Source: Acaryochloris marina S15
GTDB taxonomy: Bacteria > Cyanobacteriota > Cyanobacteriia > Thermosynechococcales > Thermosynechococcaceae
Direction of reading: 5' to 3'
Length of the DNA: 32,000 bases
Assembly: GCF_018336915.1 (NCBI RefSeq)
Contig: NZ_CP064923.1
Location: 2,010,001-2,042,000, forward strand
The notes beneath the pieces were generated by a model. The model did not search any database. It was given only the letters and a program-made list of their open reading frames with translations, and was not told the DNA's origin. Every line of letters begins with the position of its first letter. Positions within the stretch are counted from its first letter, which is position 1. The translations under genes and the position numbers were made by a program. This document shows positions 9,472 through 17,416 of this stretch, piece by piece.

Positions 9472-9927
9472 TTAATCGTCGTACATCCGAGCTTCAGGTG
9501 CATTGGGAAACTCTTCACAATATTGTTCAAAATTGCTTTTGGGTTTTTCAACGAAATCACTCTTTTTGAGGATGTCGCTAATGGAAATAACCCCGAGGAG
9601 ATGATCTTTAACCACTGGGGCTCGGCGAATGCCTGTATTGGCAAATAAACGAGCGACGTACTCAACCCCTAAATCAGGATTAACAACAATACAAGGTTTG
9701 GTCATGATTTCATAGACCTTCATCTTTTTGGGGTCATAACCAAAGGCTGCGACTTTGTAGACAATGTCGGTTTGGGTCACCATCCCATAGGGATCACCTG
9801 CATATCGAGGCTCAACGATTAAGGCTCGAAGACTTTTCTCTTTCATCTTACTGACTGCCTCGCCGATGGTCGCTGAGCCACTAATAGCGACGACATCTCG
9901 GGTCATGATTTCTTCGGCTTTCATCAT
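9472..9927 (-). CDS. CBS-domain pair protein with a CP12-like C-terminal tail
   Basis: 151 aa. Two CBS motifs (IMTRDVVAISGSATIGEAVSKM...; IMTKPCIVVNPDLGVEYVARLF...RRAPVVKDHLLGVISISDIL). The last ~20 aa, NFEQYCEEFPNAPEARMYDD, resemble the CP12 C-terminus (xxLExYCxxNPExxECRxYDx) with the second Cys replaced by Ala. Confidence 0.7.
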   Translation of the reverse strand: MMKAEEIMTRDVVAISGSATIGEAVSKMKEKSLRALIVEPRYAGDPYGMVTQTDIVYKVAAFGYDPKKMKVYEIMTKPCIVVNPDLGVEYVARLFANTGIRRAPVVKDHLLGVISISDILKKSDFVEKPKSNFEQYCEEFPNAPEARMYDD

Positions 9928-9988
9928 GGTTATAGACTCCTGAAAAATTGCGATTCAATGAGGTTGTATCTAGGATTATTGAACTTGC

Positions 9989-10267
9989 TCATCTAGATGA
10001 GTTCATCGGCAAGGGAGGCTTGTCTAGGGAGCGTTGAGTAGAGTGTTGATAGGTTGATATCCCTTCTGCATAGGCCTCGACGACTTGACCATTGACAGCG
10101 CAAGATACCAGCAAATAATCACAACTGGGACACTCAACCTGGTTAACTAGTCCGTCAGGGCATTTAAGATGAGTCGAATACGAACTCGTAAAATGTAGCC
10201 GCCGTGCAGGGGAGCCACATTGAGGACAGCAAATGGTTTGGGTCGTATTCGTTCTAATTTGACTCAT
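9989..10267 (-). CDS. Small Cys-rich zinc-ribbon protein, function unknown
   Basis: 92 aa with CCPQCG ... KCPDG ... ECPSCD. Two CxxC knuckles about 30 residues apart suggest a zinc ribbon. It sits between trxA and the CBS gene on the same strand. Confidence 0.5.
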   Translation of the reverse strand: MSQIRTNTTQTICCPQCGSPARRLHFTSSYSTHLKCPDGLVNQVECPSCDYLLVSCAVNGQVVEAYAEGISTYQHSTQRSLDKPPLPMNSSR

Positions 10268-10302
10268 ACTTATTTTTGGGTCGATGATGATGGATCGACG
10301 GT

Positions 10303-10623
10303 TTAAAGGTGTTTATCCACGGCGCTGGTAAATTTCTCGTAGGGACTCATGCCTACTAGGGTTTCGACCAGTTCGCCGGATTTGAAAACTAGCACTGCTG
10401 GAATACTGCGAATGCCATATTGCTTGGCAATACCTTTATTCTTGTCAACGTCAACTTTGGTGACTTTAGCCCGACCGTCATAGTCGGTTGCCAATTGGTC
10501 CATCATTGGACTGACTTGTTTGCAAGGCCCGCACCAGGTGGCTGTAAAGTCGACCACAATGATGGACTCATCCTTGAGTAACTGTTCGAACTCGTTGTCT
10601 TGTATGTAAGTTACGGTACTCAT
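10303..10623 (-). CDS. trxA: Thioredoxin
   Basis: 106 aa. Canonical active site FTATWCGPCKQV. Also IAKQYGIRSIPAVLVFKSGE (cis-Pro loop). Confidence 0.92.
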   Translation of the reverse strand: MSTVTYIQDNEFEQLLKDESIIVVDFTATWCGPCKQVSPMMDQLATDYDGRAKVTKVDVDKNKGIAKQYGIRSIPAVLVFKSGELVETLVGMSPYEKFTSAVDKHL

Positions 10624-10637
10624 AATCTTTCCAAAAC

Positions 10638-10937
10638 CTAAAGTAGTGCGTCTTCTTGGTGGGTTTGAATGGTGCAGTCTGATACGGGGTAGGCAACGCA
10701 GGTTAGGACGAATCCAGCATCCATTTGATCGTCATCTAAAAAGGATTGATCGGATTGGTCTACTTTTCCTGAGACGACCTTGCCTGCACAACTAGAGCAA
10801 GCCCCTGATCGACAAGATACAGGTAAATCAAGATCATTCTCTTCTGCTGCGTCAAAAATATACTGATCGTCTTCAACGGCTATCGTGGCGTCGATACCTT
10901 CTGCTTCATTGATCAGTCTGACGTTATAGGTTGCCAT
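10638..10937 (-). CDS. petF: Plant-type [2Fe-2S] ferredoxin
   Basis: 99 aa. [15 protein letters not shown]..., cluster ligands in [14 protein letters not shown]...LTCVAYP, C-terminal CTIQTHQE. Only 14 nt separate it from trxA. Confidence 0.9.
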   Translation of the reverse strand: MATYNVRLINEAEGIDATIAVEDDQYIFDAAEENDLDLPVSCRSGACSSCAGKVVSGKVDQSDQSFLDDDQMDAGFVLTCVAYPVSDCTIQTHQEDALL

Positions 10938-11343
10938 TAAATGAAATCCTTGTAAGTTTGGTATTTAAGGTGAACAACGATCAAGAGGGTTGCTGTCGTA
11001 TCATGAGCCGATAATGGAAACTGCAGCTCATGATGCTGGGGTGCCCATAAGGTTTCACCTAGGTTTTGATTGAAAAAAGGCTCTAACTGCGTCTATACGG
11101 CGAATGGAGGAGTGATGTTACTCAACTTGAATTAAGATGTCACCAGGGGTATTGGCCTTTTGCTTTAGGTGTGAAGCCAAAAAATATTAAGACCTTTTTA
11201 TTCTAAAGCTCATGACCAATAAGGTTTCTGGCGAAAGGCTTGTAACATTTCCTTAGTATACACCTTTAGGGCGTATATTCATTGTCTTATAGAATGTAAA
11301 TCTGTTTCCTTGTAACATTCCTTTTGGATCTATCGAACCCCTT

Positions 11344-11697
11344 ATGTCTGCTGAACAATGGCATGTGAATGAAGTGAGCCGTCGGCTCAATGAAGGCCGC
11401 CAAGCGAAGGCGGCTCAGGGTGGGTATGTAGGATATGGTTCTCCCCCTTTTGGCCAGCTTTCCCATAAAGGGGAGTTGGTTGCTAATCCTCGGGAAACGG
11501 AGATTATTGATCTGATTCGCCGTCACCACAAATCTGGTAAATCTCTACAGCAGATTGCTGATTGGCTGAATCACAATGGTTATCAGACCAAGCGAGGGCG
11601 TTTGTGGAAGCGTATTTCTGTGAAGCGAGTGTTAGATCGGTTGTATGGCAAAACGGCTCGGATTTCAGGAGGGACTAAGCAACGTAAACCAGATTGA
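11344..11697 (+). pseudogene. Serine-recombinase 'recombinase domain' fragment lacking the N-terminal resolvase catalytic domain
   Basis: The 117-aa ORF begins within what looks like the alpha-E/linker region (RRLNEGRQAKAAQGGYVGYGSPPFG) and continues through a recombinase-domain-like stretch (ETEIIDLIRRHHKSGKSLQQIADWLNHNGYQTKRGRLWKRISVKRVLD). No catalytic Ser-containing domain in any upstream frame that I could read. Confidence 0.5.
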
Positions 11698-11754
11698 TCC
11701 TATTTTTTAACCCCTATTCGTTACCTGGATTTGTCCAGTTGGGTGTGTGTACTG

Positions 11755-12729
11755 ATGCAGCAAAATGAGCCGATGGTGGGTACTCCCAATTTGGAGGAGG
11801 CCATCAATTACCAGCCCTTAACCTTGACACCAGAAACGGCGTTAGTGGATGTGATTGCTCGCATGAGCCAAACTCCCTTCAGTTCCTGCGATTTGGGAGC
11901 ACCTCCACAAGCTTCTTCGGATTCAGAAACGGAAGCTTTTCGACCCACTTGTGCTCTGATTATGCAGGATCAGGAGATTTTGGGGATTTTGACGGAGCGA
12001 GATATTGTCCGATTTGCTGCCGCAGGAATGGATTGCGATCGCATCACCGCTGCCGATGTCATGGCCCATCCAGTCAAGACCTTACCTTTGGCTGATTTTA
12101 AGGATATTTTTGCGGTTATGTTCCTGTTCCGGCGGTATCGAATTCGCCATTTACCGATCCTGGATGATCAGAACAAGCTAGTGGGCATCACGGAACCCAG
12201 TAGTCTACGACGAGTGTTGAGGCCCGCTAACCTTTTAAAGCTTCGCCGGGTGTCTGAGGTGATGTCACAGTCCGTCATTCACGCCCCTCCCCATTGTTCG
12301 GTGTTGAGCCTGGCCCAATTGATGGCTAAACATCGGGTGAGTTGCGTCGTCATTGTAGAGCCTGCACCAGATGATGGCCTTAAACCGATTGGCATCGTCA
12401 CAGAGCGAGATATCGTTCAATTTCAGGCAATGCAGTTTGACATTGGCAGAATTATGGCGACAGAGGTCATGAGTTCTCCGCTGTTTTTACTGAATCCTGG
12501 AGATTCCCTCTGGTCTGCCCATCAAGAAATGCAGCGCAGACGAGTCCGGCGCTTAGTGGTGTCCTGGAATTGGGGACAAGATTTAGGAATTGTGACTCAA
12601 ACCAGTCTATTAAAGGTGTTTGATCCTCTGGAGATGTACGGCATTATTGAAACCTTGCAACAAACGATTCAACAACTAGAGACGGAAAAAGAATCCTATT
12701 GGCGTCATCAAGACGCTGAAGTGAGCTAG
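11755..12729 (+). CDS. Protein with two CBS-domain pairs (four CBS motifs)
   Basis: The track starts at TTG 11731; an in-frame ATG at 11755 is more likely. Repeated CBS signatures: ILGILTERDIVRF, VMAHPVKTL..., RHLPILDDQNKLVGITEPSSL, VMSQSVIHAPP..., PIGIVTERDIVQF, VMSSPLFLLNP..., RRLVVSWNWGQDLGIVTQTSLL. Confidence 0.75.
   Translation: MQQNEPMVGTPNLEEAINYQPLTLTPETALVDVIARMSQTPFSSCDLGAPPQASSDSETEAFRPTCALIMQDQEILGILTERDIVRFAAAGMDCDRITAADVMAHPVKTLPLADFKDIFAVMFLFRRYRIRHLPILDDQNKLVGITEPSSLRRVLRPANLLKLRRVSEVMSQSVIHAPPHCSVLSLAQLMAKHRVSCVVIVEPAPDDGLKPIGIVTERDIVQFQAMQFDIGRIMATEVMSSPLFLLNPGDSLWSAHQEMQRRRVRRLVVSWNWGQDLGIVTQTSLLKVFDPLEMYGIIETLQQTIQQLETEKESYWRHQDAEVS
12035..12042. repeat. HIP1 palindrome GCGATCGC
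   Basis: Exact 8-mer read in sequence. Confidence 0.95.
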
Positions 12730-12747
12730 TAAAGAAGGGGATAAGGC

Positions 12748-13131
12748 TCACTTGTCCTGGGATTTATGGGCAACTTTTTGGACATTTTGCTCCCAATTCA
12801 CGCCATCAAAGGGCACCACTTCCATAGAGTTGGGTTGAGTATCGAGACAACGAACGTTGATATCGTAGCCATCGGGGTTAGAACGAGGAATGTAAAACGG
12901 CTTGACGCCACAGATCCGGCAGAAGGTATGCTGAGCAATGCCCGTATTGAATCGATAGGTCGTTAGGGCATCTTGCCCTTGCAGTAAATTGAACTTGGAT
13001 GGAGGGACGATGAGATGCAAAAATCCCGCTTTTGAGCAGATAGAGCAGTTGCACTCATCGACCTGGATGTCTTTGGGAGCCTCAACTTCGAACTGAACCG
13101 CGCCACAATGGCAACTGCCTAAATATTTCAT
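12748..13131 (-). CDS. GFA (glutathione-dependent formaldehyde-activating / CENP-V-like) family zinc protein
   Basis: 127 aa. GSCHCGAVQFEV at the N-terminus, then CNCSICSKAGFLH and TFCRICGV, the typical Cys pattern of the GFA family. Confidence 0.8.
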   Translation of the reverse strand: MKYLGSCHCGAVQFEVEAPKDIQVDECNCSICSKAGFLHLIVPPSKFNLLQGQDALTTYRFNTGIAQHTFCRICGVKPFYIPRSNPDGYDINVRCLDTQPNSMEVVPFDGVNWEQNVQKVAHKSQDK

Positions 13132-13211
13132 GGAACGTTCCCCAGTCTACGGGCGATAGATCTATCTTATGCTGTGCAAAGATTGAGTAATGGCAGAATT
13201 TTGCTGCCCAG

Positions 13212-14144
13212 ATGATCATGCAGCAGTTATTGATTGACCGTTTTCGAGGATTGTTTCTGGGAGTCGCTGTCTTAGAAGCCCATTGCCATAGACAGGGCAA
13301 TTCACACCGAAATAGCACATTGGCTGAAGGGCAGGATCTTCCGTTGCCAAGCGAGCCATGGAGATGGTGCGAAGCCCTTGCCATCGGGAAGTCTGAGGTA
13401 ATTGCCCATTCAAGTCAAGGGCAAAATGAACCTCCAGTTCCTGTTTTAGACCCTCCCTCTTCTGAGGGTGATATTGAATTAGCTATCTTGATGGCCCAGA
13501 TGCTACCAGTAGCTCTGTTTTACCATGAGAATTTACCTCGCCTCGAAGAATATATTTGTGGCTATCGACTGAGGGGAGCCAGGCCAGACTTGCAGGCCGA
13601 GATGTTGGGTATTGGAGTTGCGATCGCACTCCTCTGCAAGGAACAGGCCAGTCCCCAAACCCTGATTCCCCAACTGCTGGCCCATGATTTCCTCTCGGGA
13701 ACGAACTTGCATGGTCAGCTTCAACAAGTGCAAACTCTTCTGCAAAAACAATCCAGCCTCTCGGTGGTCTGGCGTGAGGTCAACCCAGAACCCGCTTCAG
13801 GGATTTCACCTTTGGGGACTGCCCTAGCAATGGCCTGTTACTGCTGGTCAAGTACAGCAGATACGTTTGCCTTGACGGTGACTCGGGCTCTGACCTTACC
13901 CCAATCCCCTACGATTGCAGCCTTGATTGCTGGTGCTTTATCTGGCGTATTCAACGGTGTACATGGCATTCCGTTGGCTTGGCAAGGGGCATTCTCGACT
14001 CATTCCGGTTCTCGTGCATCTATCCTTGCCCAAGCGGATCAACTTTTGGGGGCTTGGTCAGGTTATTTGAGCTATGAAGCCTCTATCCTCCCACTAGAGA
14101 AAACGGCGGTGTCTGCGCCGGGTGTTCTTCGGCCTCGTGGGTAG
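13212..14144 (+). CDS. ADP-ribosylglycohydrolase-like protein with substituted metal-site positions
   Basis: 310 aa. N-terminal DRFRGLFLGVAVLEA (family consensus D+xxGxxxGxAxGDAxG). C-terminal TIAALIAGALSGVFNGVHGIPLAWQ (consensus GGDTDTxAAIxGALAGAxxGxxxIPxxW). The acidic DxD/DTDT positions read LEA and PQSPT here. Confidence 0.5.
   Translation: MIMQQLLIDRFRGLFLGVAVLEAHCHRQGNSHRNSTLAEGQDLPLPSEPWRWCEALAIGKSEVIAHSSQGQNEPPVPVLDPPSSEGDIELAILMAQMLPVALFYHENLPRLEEYICGYRLRGARPDLQAEMLGIGVAIALLCKEQASPQTLIPQLLAHDFLSGTNLHGQLQQVQTLLQKQSSLSVVWREVNPEPASGISPLGTALAMACYCWSSTADTFALTVTRALTLPQSPTIAALIAGALSGVFNGVHGIPLAWQGAFSTHSGSRASILAQADQLLGAWSGYLSYEASILPLEKTAVSAPGVLRPRG
13620..13627. repeat. HIP1 palindrome GCGATCGC
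   Basis: Exact 8-mer read in sequence. Confidence 0.95.
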
Positions 14145-14366
14145 TTCCGCCTTTGCGGCCCACAGGTTTTGAAGCTGACCAAAGCTCCAGTCTAGGGGCA
14201 CAAAAACCGCCGACCGTAGTATTAAAGAGTGATTTGACTATAATTGAAGGACTTGAACAACAGTTGTGGACAAATCAAGGACACCGTTATGCGAGCACTA
14301 CTGACTTCTGACTTCAGGATATTTCGCAATTGAATGGACTGTATGCCTTAGTTGCCTAACCATCCA

Positions 14367-16709
14367 ATGAAGAAATTATTCCGTTCTCAGCAGGTGCGTC
14401 TGAGCCGCTGGCTATCTTCCTCTGCCGCGTCACGTATTCCTTCGAACCGTTCTGCTCGTCGTTCTCTCAAGCAGCAATCGCCCTTGTTGTTTGTAGTGTC
14501 TGTGGCCGCTTTAACGAGCGTGATCGGCCATCGGTTCTACAACGAGCCGCAATTGATGATTGGTACCGTTGCCCCGGAAACGATTAAGGCCCCAGAGTCT
14601 GCTCAAGCCCCCGATCCCATTGCGACGTCTGCAGCCCGTGAAGCCGCCTTTCGGAATGCGGTGAGCGTGTATATGGTGAACCCATCTCAAACCGCTGCTA
14701 TTCAAGCGGATTTGGATTCTTATTTGGCAGATGTGCAAAAATTTCGAGGGTCAGCGGGAGAATTTCCCTATACAGCGATTCAGACGTTGTCCCCTGCCGT
14801 TCAACATTTTCTGCGACAACAGAATACTGGGGACTTTCAGACGCTGCTAAAGCGGGTCAATGCGACCACTCCCACTTCTACGGCCTGGCTGAAGACCAAG
14901 AATGCACAAGCTGCAATTAGAGCGCTGCGAACCTATAGAGCCAAAGAAAAAGATGGGGTGAAGTGGTCTGCCCTGATGCGTAGCATCACCCAAGCCCAGC
15001 AAGATTATCAGGCTGCTTTAGGTGCTGTTCCTCCTCGCTTACAGGGATTCTCCAGTCGGACCCTCTTAGAATTTACTGAACCTGAGTGGGCTATGGCTCA
15101 GAGAAGGCTGCGGACTGCGTTAAAACGCATTCTTACCCAAGGGATTCCGCCAGGATTGCCAGGGACAGTAATGCGGAGTGCCATCAAGGTCCAGCTCCAG
15201 GACTATCCTGCCAAAGTCCAAGCCCTGGGCATTAAATTATTGCCGATTGTTCTCAAGCCCAACCTCAGTATTGACCCCACCGGCACCTTGCGTCAGCGGG
15301 AAATTATTGCTGAGCAGATTCCCCCAATTCTGATTCCCATCAATAGAGATGAGGTCATTGTTAACTCGGGTGAGCGAATTTCCCAAGCTGACTTTGCCTT
15401 ACTGGAACATTTTGGCTTGAGTCGACGGGGCATCAACTTACTGGGCTTGTTTGGGACGATGGCAGCAGTCAGTGGGGGGATTGCAGTGTTTTTAGTCGTG
15501 CAACGACGCTGTCGTCTTGCATTTGACCGACGAGACTATCTGTTGGTGTTAATGCTGTCGGCCAGTGCATCCCTACTGATTTGGACGACGGCTCTGCGAT
15601 ATACCAGTTTGCCTGCGGTCGGTCTGCTAGTAGGCAGTTTCTATGGGCCTGTTTTAGGGGCAACGGTAGTCGTTATTCTCACGGGTCTGATTCCCTTAGG
15701 GCTCAATAGTGGCTTTATCGAATTGGGGGCCATTGCTGCTGGCAGTTTGGTGGCCAGTTTAGTTGCTCGTCAACGGCGTTCTCGGGAAGAGATTGCCCTG
15801 TTGGGGGTGATTGTCGCCATTACTCAAGGGGTGGCCTTATTTATCCTGATGACTCTAGCTGGGGCTCCAGTCTATAGCATTTTGGGTTTGTCTCTGATTC
15901 AGGGCTTAGTGGGATTAGGGTGGACTATTGTCGCCTTGGGTATCAGTCCCTATATCGAGCACGTGTTTGACCTAGTGACGCCCATTCGGTTGGCAGAATT
16001 GGCTAATCCCAATCGACCTTTGCTCAAGCGTCTGTCGAAGGAGGCTCCTGGAACCTTCCAACACACCATGTTTGTGGCCACTTTAGCTGAAGCAGGGGCC
16101 AGCGCTTTAGGCTGTAATGTCGAACTGGTGAGAACGGGAACCCTCTACCATGACATTGGCAAAATGCATGACCCGCAATTTTTTATTGAGAACCAGCGTG
16201 ACACCACCAATAAGCACGATCTGCTTAATGATCCTTGGCAGAGTGCTGAGATTATCAAGAAACATGTCTCTGAAGGGTTGGTAATGGCCCGTAAATGTCG
16301 TTTGCCCGCAGCCGTGCAAGCGTTTATCCCCGAGCATCAGGGCACAATGGTGATTGCGTTTTTCCACCATCAAGCCCAACAGCAGGCAGCTGCTAATCCT
16401 GACCTTGATGCGGTTCAAGAGTCTGACTTTCGCTATCCTGGCCCAGTGCCCCAATCCCGAGAGACGGGGATTGTGATGTTGGCGGATTCTTGTGAAGCGG
16501 CGTTGCGATCCCTCAAAGATGCCACTCCCGACTTAGCCTTAAAAACCATTAACAAGATCTTCAAAGGGCGCTGGCAGGATAATCAGTTAGTGGATTCTCA
16601 GCTGACCCGTGACGAGTTAAATGTATTAGCAGAGGTGTTTGTGGAAGTATGGATGCAGTTTCATCACAAACGCATTCCCTACCCCACGGCAACCATCCCC
16701 CCCAAGTAA
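14367..16709 (+). CDS. 7TM-receptor HD/HDIG phosphohydrolase (7TMR-HD, PgpH/YqfF-like)
   Basis: The track starts at TTG 14352; ATG at 14367 preferred. Large N-terminal extracytoplasmic region, then about 7 hydrophobic helices (aa ~365-540), then a C-terminal HD domain with HTMFVATLAE, LYHDIGKMHDPQFFIENQ, IPEHQGT, MLADSCEAA. Confidence 0.85.
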   Translation: MKKLFRSQQVRLSRWLSSSAASRIPSNRSARRSLKQQSPLLFVVSVAALTSVIGHRFYNEPQLMIGTVAPETIKAPESAQAPDPIATSAAREAAFRNAVSVYMVNPSQTAAIQADLDSYLADVQKFRGSAGEFPYTAIQTLSPAVQHFLRQQNTGDFQTLLKRVNATTPTSTAWLKTKNAQAAIRALRTYRAKEKDGVKWSALMRSITQAQQDYQAALGAVPPRLQGFSSRTLLEFTEPEWAMAQRRLRTALKRILTQGIPPGLPGTVMRSAIKVQLQDYPAKVQALGIKLLPIVLKPNLSIDPTGTLRQREIIAEQIPPILIPINRDEVIVNSGERISQADFALLEHFGLSRRGINLLGLFGTMAAVSGGIAVFLVVQRRCRLAFDRRDYLLVLMLSASASLLIWTTALRYTSLPAVGLLVGSFYGPVLGATVVVILTGLIPLGLNSGFIELGAIAAGSLVASLVARQRRSREEIALLGVIVAITQGVALFILMTLAGAPVYSILGLSLIQGLVGLGWTIVALGISPYIEHVFDLVTPIRLAELANPNRPLLKRLSKEAPGTFQHTMFVATLAEAGASALGCNVELVRTGTLYHDIGKMHDPQFFIENQRDTTNKHDLLNDPWQSAEIIKKHVSEGLVMARKCRLPAAVQAFIPEHQGTMVIAFFHHQAQQQAAANPDLDAVQESDFRYPGPVPQSRETGIVMLADSCEAALRSLKDATPDLALKTINKIFKGRWQDNQLVDSQLTRDELNVLAEVFVEVWMQFHHKRIPYPTATIPPK

Positions 16710-16754
16710 GAAAAAATATGTAACACTACTTTGGGTATCTCTGGTTTTTAACCA

Positions 16755-16793
16755 GGGATAAATGAACCATCCAAATATTTATCCTGTTTTTTG
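16755..16793 (+). terminator. Candidate rho-independent terminator after the 7TM-HD gene
   Basis: Stem GGATAAAT (16756-16763) / ATTTATCC (16777-16784) with a 13-nt loop, followed by TGTTTTTTG. It ends about 12 nt before the bcp ATG. Confidence 0.4.
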
Positions 16794-16805
16794 TGAGGAA
16801 ACCCT

Positions 16806-17243
16806 ATGGCTTTAACCGCTGGCATTGCCGCTCCTGCGTTTACGACTAAAGACACCAATGGCAACACGGTTTCCCTTGCCGATTATGCCGGGAAGACTGT
16901 GGTCCTGTATTTCTATCCCAAAGATGATACACCGGGCTGCACCAAAGAAGCCTGTAGCTTTCGCGATAATTACAGTGCTTACCAAGGCAAAGATATTGTG
17001 GTCTTCGGTGTAAGTGGTGACGATGAAAGTTCTCACCAAGACTTTACCAGTAAGTTCAATCTGCCTTTTCCTCTATTAGCTGACGTTGACAATAGCCTGA
17101 TGCAAGCCTACGACGTTGATGGCGGTGGGTACGCCCAGCGGGTGACTTATGTGATTAATGGTCAAGGCCAAATTGACAAAGTTTATAACTCCGTTAAGAC
17201 AGACACTCATGCCACCGATATTTTGGCTGACTTAGGTCTCTAA
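16806..17243 (+). CDS. bcp: Thioredoxin-dependent peroxiredoxin, Bcp/PrxQ type
   Basis: 145 aa. VVLYFYPKDDTPGCTKEACSFRD (peroxidatic/resolving Cys context), FGVSGDDESSHQDFTSKFNLPFPLLAD. GAGGA Shine-Dalgarno-like sequence upstream. Confidence 0.9.
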   Translation: MALTAGIAAPAFTTKDTNGNTVSLADYAGKTVVLYFYPKDDTPGCTKEACSFRDNYSAYQGKDIVVFGVSGDDESSHQDFTSKFNLPFPLLADVDNSLMQAYDVDGGGYAQRVTYVINGQGQIDKVYNSVKTDTHATDILADLGL

Positions 17244-17294
17244 GGTCTGGCTTAAGGTCATGATATTGCGGTAGCAAAGACTATCAGTGATCAA

Positions 17295-17337
17295 GAAAAA
17301 CGCCAAAACAGCATCTTTGCTCTTGGCGTTTTTCTTG
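17295..17337 (+). terminator. Rho-independent terminator of bcp
   Basis: Stem GAAAAACGCCAA (17295-17306) / TTGGCGTTTTTC (17323-17334) with a 16-nt loop, running into a T-rich tract. Confidence 0.65.
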
Positions 17338-17416
17338 TATCTCGCTTAAATATCCTAATTTGGTAAATTAAGTTCTAATGAGTACCTATAGGGACTTATA
17401 GCAGTCGCCACTCTAA

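Noticed and set aside
9989-10267. Whether the 92-aa Cys-rich protein could be the catalytic subunit of ferredoxin:thioredoxin reductase
   Set aside because: The FTR catalytic subunit has a characteristic CPC…CPC…CHC arrangement for its 4Fe-4S cluster and redox disulfide. This protein shows only two CxxC knuckles (CPQC, CPSC) plus scattered Cys, which fits a zinc ribbon better. It is kept as an unknown within the operon finding.
11344-11697. The recombinase-family ORF as an active integrase marking a mobile island
   Set aside because: The catalytic resolvase domain is missing. No attachment-site-like long repeats, tRNA or cargo genes flank it. It is treated as a fragment.
13082-13751. ORFs 13082-13384(-), 13216-13413(-) and 13533-13751(-), around the GFA/ARH-like gene boundary
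   Set aside because: They overlap the better-supported plus-strand ARH-like gene or the GFA gene 5' end. The translations look random, and no start-site support was seen.
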